A DNA stretch of 64,000 bases from Caulobacter sp. (GCA_028291055.1 JAQGIP010000133.1:3113-67112), one strand, 5' to 3'. Numbered from the stretch's first letter, positions 46,086 to 55,152 are shown. Notes: generated by a model not told the origin, from the sequence alone. Numbers and translations are program-made.

Positions 46086-47051
46086 CTAGCCTCCACGATC
46101 GAGTTGCGCCAGCAAGGTCTTGCTGGCCGCCCAACCGGCGTCCCTCGCCCGCTCGGCGCCCTCCGGCGAGCCGCCGAAGTCGAAGCTGAAGCCCGCGCCG
46201 GGGACCTCCATCCTGGTAATCCCCGGCCCGAATCCCATCAGCAGATGGCTGGCGTCGTCGAACTTCAGGTTGGTCACGGGCCATCGGAAGCCCTGCCCTT
46301 GCAGCCGGGTCTCGATTTCGTCGGCATAGACCGAGGAGGGCCAGATGGTATCGGCCGTCGTGGAGATCAGCAGCACCGGGCCGCCGATGCGCTCCACCTT
46401 GATCACCGAGGCCGCGTCGGGAACGGCGTTTTCGAACCACTGCCGCATGGGCTTGGCGGGATCGAAGGCGGCGATCTGGAACGGCAGCGGCTCACCGTTC
46501 AGCGTCCAGGCGCCTCGCGGCGGCCCGGGTGGATCGCCCATCGCCGGCAGCCCGTTCCAGAGGCGCCCACTCGGCACATAGGCGATCACCGCCGCCACAT
46601 CGGAGCGCAATGATCCCAGGAGCAGCGCCAGCTCCCCACCCCGGGATTGGCCCATGATCGCGACGCGGTCCGGCCGGACCTCCGGGCGCGCCTTCAGCCA
46701 GTCGATGCCCCGGAACAGGTATTCCAGCGGGATTTCGATCAGGCGGCGAGGCACACCCGCGGGACGACCATTCCAATCCTGAAAATAGGCGAGCGCCAGC
46801 GTCGGATAGCCGGCGGCCGCCAGATCCCGCGCCGCCCGTTCGTCGGGAATGCCGCCGTCGGAGCCGTTCAGCATGAGGACGCCCGGCCGCCCCTGGGTCC
46901 CCGGCAGGGCATGGAAGCGCCCTACCAGTCCATCCTCGCGCACATCCACCGAGACCGGCGACTGGACGGGCGCCGCTTCCACCTTGTCGGCGCTCATGCC
47001 GATCCCCAGTGCGGCCACGGCCCGCAGCAGGCCCCTGCGAAGTCCATTCAT
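46086..47051 (-). CDS. secreted alpha/beta hydrolase (BAAT/acyl-CoA thioesterase C-terminal or dienelactone hydrolase-like)
   Basis: Signal peptide MNGLRRGLLRAVAALGIG, then ...PGVLMLNGSDGG...RVAIMGQSRGGELALLLGS nucleophile elbow. Confidence 0.7.
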   Translation of the reverse strand: MNGLRRGLLRAVAALGIGMSADKVEAAPVQSPVSVDVREDGLVGRFHALPGTQGRPGVLMLNGSDGGIPDERAARDLAAAGYPTLALAYFQDWNGRPAGVPRRLIEIPLEYLFRGIDWLKARPEVRPDRVAIMGQSRGGELALLLGSLRSDVAAVIAYVPSGRLWNGLPAMGDPPGPPRGAWTLNGEPLPFQIAAFDPAKPMRQWFENAVPDAASVIKVERIGGPVLLISTTADTIWPSSVYADEIETRLQGQGFRWPVTNLKFDDASHLLMGFGPGITRMEVPGAGFSFDFGGSPEGAERARDAGWAASKTLLAQLDRGG

Positions 47052-47126
47052 GACATCCTCTGTCGGCCGATTCATTCGGCCGACAGGCATGCTGCACCCG
47101 GACCTTGGGTCCGGGTCAACGGGTCT

Positions 47127-48251
47127 CTAGCGGATGACCCGCGCGCCCTTGCCCTTCATCACCGCCTCGACCTCGGCCGCGTTGACCATCGAGGTGTCGC
47201 CGGGCGTGGTCATGGCCAGCGCCCCGTGGGCGGCGCCGTATTCCACAGCCGCTTGCGGACCCTTCCCTTCGAGAAAGCCGTAGGCCAAACCCGAGGCGAA
47301 CCCATCCCCGCCGCCGACGCGGTCGTAGATCTCCAGGTGCTCGCGGGTGACCGACTGATAGAACTCGCCGCCGGCCCAGATGATGGCCGACCAGTCGTTG
47401 AAGGTGGCGGTCTTGGCGTTGCGCAGGGTGGTGGCGGCGACCTTGAAGTTGGGGAATTCGGCCACCGCACCGGCGATCATCTTCTTGAAATTGCCGGGGT
47501 CGATGGCGCTGATGTGCTCGTCCATCCCTTCGACCTCGAAGCCCAGGCAGGCGGTGAAGTCCTCTTCGTTGCCGATCATCACGTCGACGTAGCGGGCTAT
47601 TTCACGGTTGATTTTCTGGGCGCCGGGCTTGCCGCCCCGGCTCTTCCAGAGGCTGGCGCGGTAGTTGAGGTCGTAGGAGACGACGGCGCCGTATTTGCGG
47701 GCTGCTTCCACGGCCTCGATCACAGCTTCGGCGGTGTTGGAAGCCAGCGCGGCGAAAATCCCGCCGGTGTGGAACCAGCGCACGCCCTCCTCGCCGAACA
47801 GCTTTTCCCAGTTCACTTCGCCGGGGCGGATCTGGCTGGCGGCGGAGTGGCCGCGGTCGGAGCAGCCCAGGGCCGGGCGGATGCCGAAGCCCTTTTCGGT
47901 GAAGTTGAGGCCCACGCGGGTGTTGCGCCCCAGGCCGTCGAAATCGCGCCAGATGATGTGGGACTGGTCCGTGCCGCCCTGCATGATCAGGTCTTCCACC
48001 AGCCAGCCCAGGTCGTTGTGCGGCAGGGCGGTGACGACGGTGGAGCGCTTGCCCCAGCATTTGCGCATGGCGCGCGCGACATTATACTCGCCGCCGCCCT
48101 CCCAGACCTGGAAGCTCCGGGCGTTGCGCACCCGGCCGTGGCCGGGATCGAAGCGCAGCATGACCTCGCCGAACGAAGCGCAGTCCCAGAGGCAATCCGC
48201 GGCCGGACGGATGGCAAGTACGTTATCGAGCGACGCAGAAGCGGCGGGCAT
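47127..48251 (-). CDS. kdgK: PfkB-family sugar kinase, 2-dehydro-3-deoxygluconokinase-like
   Basis: FGEVMLRFDP...GGGEYNVA...FHTGGIFAAL...DRVGGGDGFASG, in the context of eda/kduDI. It is 374 aa, longer than classical KdgK. Confidence 0.75.
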   Translation of the reverse strand: MPAASASLDNVLAIRPAADCLWDCASFGEVMLRFDPGHGRVRNARSFQVWEGGGEYNVARAMRKCWGKRSTVVTALPHNDLGWLVEDLIMQGGTDQSHIIWRDFDGLGRNTRVGLNFTEKGFGIRPALGCSDRGHSAASQIRPGEVNWEKLFGEEGVRWFHTGGIFAALASNTAEAVIEAVEAARKYGAVVSYDLNYRASLWKSRGGKPGAQKINREIARYVDVMIGNEEDFTACLGFEVEGMDEHISAIDPGNFKKMIAGAVAEFPNFKVAATTLRNAKTATFNDWSAIIWAGGEFYQSVTREHLEIYDRVGGGDGFASGLAYGFLEGKGPQAAVEYGAAHGALAMTTPGDTSMVNAAEVEAVMKGKGARVIR

Positions 48252-48934
48252 TATTTTCCTCGAATTTTCCGGATCAATTGCACGGTCTCGGCGACCTTGG
48301 CTTCGATGCCGCCCCAGTCCTTGGCGTCCAGGGCTTCCTTGGTGATCAGCTTGGAGCCGATGCCGGCGGCGACGATGCCCGCGCCGAACCAGGTCCTCAG
48401 CGACGCCTCGTCGGGATCGACTCCGCCGGTGGGCATGATCCGCGTCCAGGGCATGGGGCCCAGCACGGCTTTCACGAACTCAGGGCCGCCGACCTGCGTG
48501 CCCGGGAAGACCTTGACGATCTCGCAGCCGAGTTCCTCGGCGTAGCCGATCTCGGTGGCCGAGCCGCAGCCCGGCGAATAGGGGATCTTGCGGCGGTTGC
48601 AGACCTTGGCCACGTCGGGGTTGAGCAGCGGGCCCACCACGAACTTGGCGCCGTTGGCGATGTAGAGGCCGGCGGTCGGCGCATCGACGATGGAGCCCAC
48701 GCCCATGATCACGCTGGGATCGGCCTTGGCGAAATGGCGGGTGACGTTGAGGAAGACGTGGCTGGCGAAATCACCGCGGTTGGTGAACTCGATACATTTG
48801 GCGCCGCCGTTGGCGCAGGCCTGGATGACGTTGATGCAGACCTCTTCGTCCGGGTGGTAGAAGACCGGGACCACGCCCTGGTCCATCAAAGCGGCCAGTA
48901 CGGCCATACGGTCCTTGGGGTTTTGGACGGACAT
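48251..48934 (-). CDS. eda: KDPG / 4-hydroxy-2-oxoglutarate aldolase
   Basis: VVPVFYHPDEEVCINVIQACANGGAKCIEFTNRGD...PGCGSATEI...VKVFPG...MPTGGV. Start is ATG 48934. Confidence 0.82.
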   Translation of the reverse strand: MSVQNPKDRMAVLAALMDQGVVPVFYHPDEEVCINVIQACANGGAKCIEFTNRGDFASHVFLNVTRHFAKADPSVIMGVGSIVDAPTAGLYIANGAKFVVGPLLNPDVAKVCNRRKIPYSPGCGSATEIGYAEELGCEIVKVFPGTQVGGPEFVKAVLGPMPWTRIMPTGGVDPDEASLRTWFGAGIVAAGIGSKLITKEALDAKDWGGIEAKVAETVQLIRKIRGK

Positions 48935-49015
48935 CTTGAAACGCTCTCCTGGCGAAGACCAAACCTGTCGCGGCGTACCATGCCGGGGCCGGAAAGGCCT
49001 CATTTCCTCCGCTTG

Positions 49016-49049
49016 AAAAAATAAGGGCGCCGGGAAAACCCCAGCGCCC
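49016..49049 (-). terminator. intrinsic terminator after the TonB receptor gene
   Basis: The minus strand reads GGGCGCTGGG-GTTTT-CCCGGCGCCC (10-bp stem with one G-U pair) followed by TTATTTTTTC. Confidence 0.65.
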
Positions 49050-49069
49050 AGTTAGCGCAAGAGGGAGCC

Positions 49070-51865
49070 CTAGAAGGTGTAGCGAACGCCGAAAATGTAT
49101 TCGCTGCCCGTGTGGTGGTAGAACGACACGCGATTGGAACTGTCGTTGTATTGGTCCTGGTACTCGTCGGTCAGGTTGACGCCCTCAAGAGTGACCTTGA
49201 AGTGCTCGTTGATCGTGTATTGCAGCGAGGCATCGACGTTGGTGGTGGCGTTGGCGCCGTCCACGTCCGTGCCGGTTTCCTGTCCGGGCACTCGGGTCAG
49301 ATACTTGCTGCGATAGGCCACCGAGACGCGGGCGCTGAACTTGGAGTCTTCATAGTAGAGGGTGGCGTTGTAGCCGCGGTGCGACAGGCCGGTCAGGTCC
49401 TGCTTACCGACCACGCCGGGGTAGTTCACCTGGGATTCCACATAGGTGAAGTTGCCCAGGAAGCCGGTGTGGGACAGGAAGCCCGGCAGGAAGGTGAAGG
49501 GCTGCTGGTAGTTGATTTCCACGCCCTTCAGCGTGCCGCCCGAGCTGTTGACGGGGGTCGAGAAGGCCCAGTTGGCGCCGGGGGTGCAGCCCGGGGTCGC
49601 GCCACAGGCCGAGACGGCGACGCTATCGGGCAGGCCGAAGGGGTTGCCGGTGAACGGGATGTTGGAGGTCTGGGTGGCGATGAAGCTGGAGATGTTCTTC
49701 TGGAACAGCGCCACCGAGATCAGCGAACCCTTCTGGAAATACCACTCGAAGGCCAGGTCGTAGGTCACCGCCCGGAAGGGATCCAGGTTGGGGTTGCCGG
49801 TGGTCACCGAGCGCGTGGCGCCCGAGACGGAGATGGTTGTGGAGGGCGCCAGGTTGGGCAGGTTGGGCCGCGACATGACCTTGGCCACGCCCAGGCGGAT
49901 CAGGAAGTTGTCGACCGGCTCCAGCACCCAGTTCATGGCCGGCAGGGCGTCGGTGTAGCCGCGGCTGACGCTGATCGCCACCGGGGCGCCGGCCACGAAG
50001 GTGTAGCCGCTCGAGGACTGGTTGGTCGACACGAAGCGGATGCCGACATTGCCGCGCAGCGGCATGCCCAGGACTTCGGTGTTGAAGTCGCCCTGGGCCC
50101 AGGCGGTGGCGTCTTTCTCGGTGACGCTCTGGTTGGAGCCCAGGATCGGCTCGATGCCCAGGTGGAAGGCGCCGCCGAAGGCGGTCTGGTCATAGAGGCT
50201 GAGCAGGCTGGTCGCCGTCGCCAGGTCCGGCACCACCGTGCTCGTGCCGTTGAAGCTCAACAGACGCGAATAGCTGGACAGCGGGATGGCCAGGATGCCG
50301 GCCGGGACGGTGGCTTCCTGGTTGGCCGTGGTTCCGACCGAGCGGCGCATCTCGGTTCCGACGTAGCGGTATTTCTTGAAGTCCAGGCCGCCCTTCAGCT
50401 TGAAGACGTCGGACTGGGTCCACACGCCATCCACCGAGGCCGTGCCGACGCTGTTCTTGGCCGACTGGGGCCGTTCGCGGATGCCGGTGAGGACCCAGCT
50501 GCCCGGGTTGGTCAGGTTGGCGGTTCCGTAGTTGATGACCGGGACGCGGCCCTGGCTGTAGTCGTAGCTGTAGCCGTCGACGTTGAACTGATCGAGGGTC
50601 AGGGTCGTCTGGACCGGGTTTTGGAAGTCCGACGCCGACGTGCCGATCAGGAAGTTGACCTTGAAGGTGTCGGTGATGTCGTGGGTTCCCGACAGCACAT
50701 ACTGCTGGAACTTGGTGTCCAGCTTGTCGAAGCGGTCTTCGACGCGCAGGTCGACGTCGTTGAATGTACCCTTGATCAGGGTGTTGTTGCTGTCGATCGT
50801 CGCCGCCGTGACGTCCGTATCGGCGATGCCGCAGGAGGTGGCCAGGTTGCCGGCCGTGCAGGCCCCGCCGACGCTGAAGGACGGCGCCTCCAGGAACTGC
50901 TCCTCGCGCGTGCCCTTGAAGTCGGCATAGAGGGCGTCGAAGGTGAACTGGGTGTGGTCGTCCGGCGCCCACTGCAGCGACAGGGTCACGCCAAGACGCT
51001 CCTGGTTGTCGTTGTAGATATCGAAGCGCGGGAAGCGCGGGTGGAAGGCGTTGTTGATGTCCGCCAGCGCCATGCCCGCGGGCGCGCTCTGGAAGCCCGG
51101 CGCGAAGGCCGAACCCTTGGCCCAGCGGACCGTGGAGGTTCCCTCATCGAGCAGGGTGCGCTTGGTGTAGGCGATCGAGAACAGGGCCCCGAACCTGCCG
51201 TCGCCCCAGGTGTTGGAGATCATGAAGGCCGCGCGCGGGTTCGTGTCTTTCTGGAGGGTGTTGTAGCTGCCCTGCACCGAGCCGGCCATCTTGAAGCCGC
51301 CGAAGTCGAAGGGCCGCGCGGTCTGCAGATCGACCGTGGCGCCCAGCGAACCTTCCTGGGTCTCGGCCGCACCCGACTTGGTCACGGTGATCGAGTTGAA
51401 CAGGTCGGAGGCGAAGACGTTGAAGTCGAAGCCACGGCCGCGGTTGGTGCCGCCTGCGGCGTCGGTGCCGCCTGTGGTGGTGAGCGCCTCCATGCCGTCG
51501 ATGCGCACGCGGGTGAAGCCCGGGCCAAGGCCCCGCACGGAGATGTTGCGGCCTTCGCCGGCGTCGCGCGCCAGGGCCACGCCGGGCAGGCGCTGGATGG
51601 ATTCCGACAGGTTGAGGTCGGGGAATTTGCCGATGTCCTCGGCCAGGATGGTGTCGGTCGACTGGGCGCTTTCACGCTTCAGGTTCAGCGACTTCTCCAG
51701 GCTGCCCCTGAAGCCGGTGACGACCACCTCGGCCACTTCCGAGGGTTGATCGGTCTTGGGCTCGTCGGCCGCATAGGCCGCCCCCGCCGACAGGGCCAGC
51801 GCGATGACGCCCAGCGAGACACCGGCTCGCAGATCGCGGCCGCGCGATTGATTGGATTTAGACAC
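49070..51865 (-). CDS. TonB-dependent receptor (polysaccharide/oligogalacturonide-type by context)
   Basis: Signal peptide, EVVVTGFRGSLEKSLNLKRES TonB box/plug, and a barrel ending FGVRYTF. 931 aa. Confidence 0.9.
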   Translation of the reverse strand: MSKSNQSRGRDLRAGVSLGVIALALSAGAAYAADEPKTDQPSEVAEVVVTGFRGSLEKSLNLKRESAQSTDTILAEDIGKFPDLNLSESIQRLPGVALARDAGEGRNISVRGLGPGFTRVRIDGMEALTTTGGTDAAGGTNRGRGFDFNVFASDLFNSITVTKSGAAETQEGSLGATVDLQTARPFDFGGFKMAGSVQGSYNTLQKDTNPRAAFMISNTWGDGRFGALFSIAYTKRTLLDEGTSTVRWAKGSAFAPGFQSAPAGMALADINNAFHPRFPRFDIYNDNQERLGVTLSLQWAPDDHTQFTFDALYADFKGTREEQFLEAPSFSVGGACTAGNLATSCGIADTDVTAATIDSNNTLIKGTFNDVDLRVEDRFDKLDTKFQQYVLSGTHDITDTFKVNFLIGTSASDFQNPVQTTLTLDQFNVDGYSYDYSQGRVPVINYGTANLTNPGSWVLTGIRERPQSAKNSVGTASVDGVWTQSDVFKLKGGLDFKKYRYVGTEMRRSVGTTANQEATVPAGILAIPLSSYSRLLSFNGTSTVVPDLATATSLLSLYDQTAFGGAFHLGIEPILGSNQSVTEKDATAWAQGDFNTEVLGMPLRGNVGIRFVSTNQSSSGYTFVAGAPVAISVSRGYTDALPAMNWVLEPVDNFLIRLGVAKVMSRPNLPNLAPSTTISVSGATRSVTTGNPNLDPFRAVTYDLAFEWYFQKGSLISVALFQKNISSFIATQTSNIPFTGNPFGLPDSVAVSACGATPGCTPGANWAFSTPVNSSGGTLKGVEINYQQPFTFLPGFLSHTGFLGNFTYVESQVNYPGVVGKQDLTGLSHRGYNATLYYEDSKFSARVSVAYRSKYLTRVPGQETGTDVDGANATTNVDASLQYTINEHFKVTLEGVNLTDEYQDQYNDSSNRVSFYHHTGSEYIFGVRYTF

Positions 51866-51934
51866 CTAGTTTCCTCCCCTGGCCCCGCCTGCGATCTTCC
51901 GTCGCGAACGGCACATTGTTTCCATATGTCCCTA

Positions 51935-51948
51935 TGACACCGGTGTCA
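51935..51948. promoter_or_regulatory. LacI-family operator O1 (TGACACCGGTGTCA, perfect palindrome)
   Basis: A perfect 14-bp palindrome 70 nt upstream of the TonB receptor start. Confidence 0.7.
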
Positions 51949-51969
51949 ATCAAGAGCGCATCAGCGCCG

Positions 51970-51983
51970 TGACACCGGTATCA
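51970..51983. promoter_or_regulatory. LacI-family operator O2 (TGACACCGGTATCA)
   Basis: Matches O1 at 13 of 14 positions and lies 35 nt from it. Confidence 0.65.
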
Positions 51984-52062
51984 TCACTGGACCGTAACTG
52001 CATTTTTCGGGTGTGACAAGTTGAGCCGACTTCGAGGCAAACCCTGGCGGCGCGGTTCGCCT

Positions 52063-52116
52063 GGAGCGTCGTCCGCTCCGATAGAATCGGAGCGGCGCTC
52101 CAGCTATTTGTTTTGT
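52063..52116 (+). terminator. orphan terminator-like hairpin with a plus-strand U-tract
   Basis: GGAGCG-tcgt-CCGCTCCGAT-aga-ATCGGAGCGG-CGCTCC followed by AGCTATTTGTTTTGT. No plus-strand gene lies upstream. Confidence 0.35.
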
Positions 52117-52170
52117 CGCGCCTTTCGGCGGCGAACCGGTTTCCCCCTCGCCGGAAAGCGCTCCAGGAGC

Positions 52171-52419
52171 CGTGGACAGTTAGGCTTCCACCCCACCTAT
52201 CGTCATCGCCGGACTTGTTCCGGCGAGACGGTGGGTCCGGTGAGAAGGTGGGAGCGTCGCGGCGCGGCGTTCCCGCAGGCCGCCGGCGGCGTGGGCGCAA
52301 GGGCTCCGCTGGCGCTACGCCCCGTCAGACACGGTGTTCATGGGCCACCGGAACAAGTCCGGTGGTGACGGTAGGGGGATTGGGTGGCGAGGGCCGGCAA
52401 TCGCCGCAACTGTCCACGG
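52171..52419. repeat. family-A MITE-like palindromic element, copy 2
   Basis: Perfect terminal inverted repeats, (C)CGTGGACAGTT ... AACTGTCCACGG. It is collinear and near-identical to 2343..2591 and ends 3 nt before the ppc stop codon. Confidence 0.85.
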
Positions 52420-52422
52420 CTC

Positions 52423-55152
52423 CTAGCCGGTGTTGCGCATTCCCGCCGCGATGCCGGCCACGGTGAGCTGGATGGCCAGCTTCAGCTTGTCGTCGGGATC
52501 ACCCCGGCGGCGGCGCGCCAGCAGTTCCAGCTGCAGGTGGTTGAGCGGATCCACGCTCTGGGCCGCCAGTCCTACCGACTCGGCCAGGTCGGGCCGGTTG
52601 TCGAGCAGGGCCGAACCGCCCCGGATGGCGATGGCCAGCTCACAGGCGGCCGCATGCTCGCGGCGGATGGCGGCGAAGATGCGCTGGGCCGCGGCCTTGT
52701 CGGGCGACAGCGCGGCATAACGTTCGGCGATGGCCATGTCGCTCTGGGCCAGGGCCAGCTCCATGTTGGACAACAGGGCCGCGAAGATATCGAAGGTGAA
52801 GGCCAGCTCGCGCAGCCGTTCCAGCGTCAGGCCCGCGCGCTCGACGCCCGAGGCGAAGCCGTACCAGCCCGGCAGCATGATGCGCGCCTGCGACCAGGAA
52901 AACACCCAGGGGATGGCGCGCAGGTCCTCGATGGCGCGGCTCTTCTTGCGCGAGGCCGGCCGGCTGCCGATGTTCAGCTCGACGATCTCGCCGATCGGCG
53001 TGGCCGACCAGAAGAAGTCCTCGAAGGCCGGGTCGCCGTAGACCAGTTCCTGGTAGGCGGCGCAGGATTCCCGCGCCAGCGCCGCCATGTCGGCCTCGAT
53101 GTCGGGCGCGACATCGACCCACGGGCCCTTGTTTGTGGACATCAGGACGGCGGCGGTCAGGGCGTCGAGGTTGCGGCGCGCGGTGGGCTGGTCGCCATAG
53201 CGGCGGGCGATCATCTCGCCCTGTTCGGTCAGGCGCAGGCGGCCCTGCACGGTGCCGGCGGGCTGGGCCAGCACGGCCTCGGCCGCGGGGCCCCCTCCCC
53301 GGCCGACGGAGCCGCCCCGGCCGTGGAAGAACTGCACGCCGACGCCCAGGGCCTCGCATTCGTTGGCCAACATCCGGGCGGCCTTGGCCACGCCGGTGCG
53401 CGAGGCGACATAGCCGCCGTCCTTGTTGCTGTCGGAATAGCCCAGCATCACTTCCTGCACCGGCTGGGTCCCCAGGATCGAGCGGGCCAGAGGCAGGTTC
53501 AGCCATTGGCGCAGGATGGCCGGGCCGTTCTCCAGGTCGCCGATGGTTTCGAACAGCGGTGTGACCCGTACGGCGGTGCGCGGCTCCGCCCCGCCCCAGA
53601 CCAGGCCCACCTGCTTGAGCAGCACCAGCGGCTCCAGGATGTCGGAGACGGAGGCGGACTTGGAGACCACATAGGCCCCGATGGCGGCGCGGCCATAGAG
53701 CGCCACGGCGGTGGCGGCGGCCTCCAGCGTGGCCAGCTCCTTGGCGGTCTCCTCGGAATAGCCGGTGAAGGGCGAGCGCAGCGGCCGCTGGTGCGACAGC
53801 TCCGCCAGCAGCACCTTGACCCGGGCGTCCTCGTCGAGCGCCAGATAGTCGACCTCGACCCCGGCCCGTTCATAGAGTTCGGCCAGCACGCGTTCATGCA
53901 CATCGGCGTTCTGGCGCATGTCCAGCGCCAGCAGGTGGAAGCCGCAGGCCCCGGCCAGGCTGATCAGGGTCTGCAGGCGATGGCCCACCAGCCGCTCGCC
54001 GCCGTGGGCGCGCAGGGAGTCGCGCACGATGTGCAGGTCGCGCACGAAGGCGGCGGGCTCGGGGTAGGGCGCCGCCGTGGAGGGCTCCAGCGCATAGGCG
54101 ACCGGCCCGCCGGTTAGCCGCTGGGCGGTGGCCGACAGCCGATCGAAGATGTGTTCGCAGGCCAGGCGATAGGGCTCATCGGCCCGCTGCACCGAGGCGC
54201 CCTCGGTGGCCAGGGCCAGGGCGTCCAGCGCGGGCGTGACCTCGCCATAGAAGGTGGAGACGGACAGGTCCGACCACAGCTTGCGGATCTCGCCGGCATA
54301 GACGTCGAGCAACACCCGGGCCTGGGAGCGCAGGGCCAGCTTCAGCGTATTGCCATCGACGCCCGGATGGCCGTCGCGGTCGCCGCCGAGCCAGGATCCC
54401 AGCTTCAGCATCGGCGGCACATCGCGGGAATCCATCGCTTCGGGGCCCATCGCCTCCGGCCAGGCGCCGTAGAGGTCGATCAGGGCCGGCAGGATGGACA
54501 GGCGCACGACCGACAGCGCGTTGCGGATTTCGTCGGCCACCGTGATCCGCTGGGGCCGATGCAGGCGGGTGCGCCACAGCAGCGCCACTTCGCGGAACAG
54601 ATCCTCGCGGATCTGGCGGTCCAGGTCGGCCGGCAGGTGATGGCGGCGCAGCGCCATCAGCCGCGACAGCTCGGTCTCACGCTCGACCACCGCGCGGCGG
54701 CGCACCTCGGTCGGGTGGGCGGTCAGCACCGGCTCGACGTTCAACTCCGCCAGGGTCGATGCGATATCGGCCTTGCCGGCCGCCTTGAGCGCCGCGACGG
54801 CGGCGGCCAGGGTCTTGGGGTGTGTGCTGTCGCCGCCGGCCTCGACCTCGGCCTCGCGCCGGCGCCCCGCGACGTCCTCGCCGATATTGACCAGCATGGA
54901 GTGGCAGGCGAAGGCGCGGGCCAGGTAGACGGCCTGGTCGGCGTCGATCTCATGGAACAGGAAGTCGAGCTTCGGCTTGCCGCCCGCCTCGTCCGCCACG
55001 CCCCGGGCCGCCTTGACCAGGGCCGCGGCCTTGTCGCCATCGAGATAGGCGATAGCCTCCGACAGGATGGCGTCGAGCAGGCGTACGTTCTCGCTCACAT
55101 GCCGACTGGTGGGAGCAGCGGGACGGAGCGGAGGGGTCAACGGGCCAGCCAT
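52423..55152 (-). CDS. ppc: phosphoenolpyruvate carboxylase
   Basis: ...LTAHPTEVRRR...GYSDSNKDGG...FHGRGGSVGRGGGP...IAAGMRNTG C-terminus. The start is ATG 55152 (overlaps kduD by 16 nt) or GTG 55098. Confidence 0.92.
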   Translation of the reverse strand: MAGPLTPPLRPAAPTSRHVSENVRLLDAILSEAIAYLDGDKAAALVKAARGVADEAGGKPKLDFLFHEIDADQAVYLARAFACHSMLVNIGEDVAGRRREAEVEAGGDSTHPKTLAAAVAALKAAGKADIASTLAELNVEPVLTAHPTEVRRRAVVERETELSRLMALRRHHLPADLDRQIREDLFREVALLWRTRLHRPQRITVADEIRNALSVVRLSILPALIDLYGAWPEAMGPEAMDSRDVPPMLKLGSWLGGDRDGHPGVDGNTLKLALRSQARVLLDVYAGEIRKLWSDLSVSTFYGEVTPALDALALATEGASVQRADEPYRLACEHIFDRLSATAQRLTGGPVAYALEPSTAAPYPEPAAFVRDLHIVRDSLRAHGGERLVGHRLQTLISLAGACGFHLLALDMRQNADVHERVLAELYERAGVEVDYLALDEDARVKVLLAELSHQRPLRSPFTGYSEETAKELATLEAAATAVALYGRAAIGAYVVSKSASVSDILEPLVLLKQVGLVWGGAEPRTAVRVTPLFETIGDLENGPAILRQWLNLPLARSILGTQPVQEVMLGYSDSNKDGGYVASRTGVAKAARMLANECEALGVGVQFFHGRGGSVGRGGGPAAEAVLAQPAGTVQGRLRLTEQGEMIARRYGDQPTARRNLDALTAAVLMSTNKGPWVDVAPDIEADMAALARESCAAYQELVYGDPAFEDFFWSATPIGEIVELNIGSRPASRKKSRAIEDLRAIPWVFSWSQARIMLPGWYGFASGVERAGLTLERLRELAFTFDIFAALLSNMELALAQSDMAIAERYAALSPDKAAAQRIFAAIRREHAAACELAIAIRGGSALLDNRPDLAESVGLAAQSVDPLNHLQLELLARRRRGDPDDKLKLAIQLTVAGIAAGMRNTG

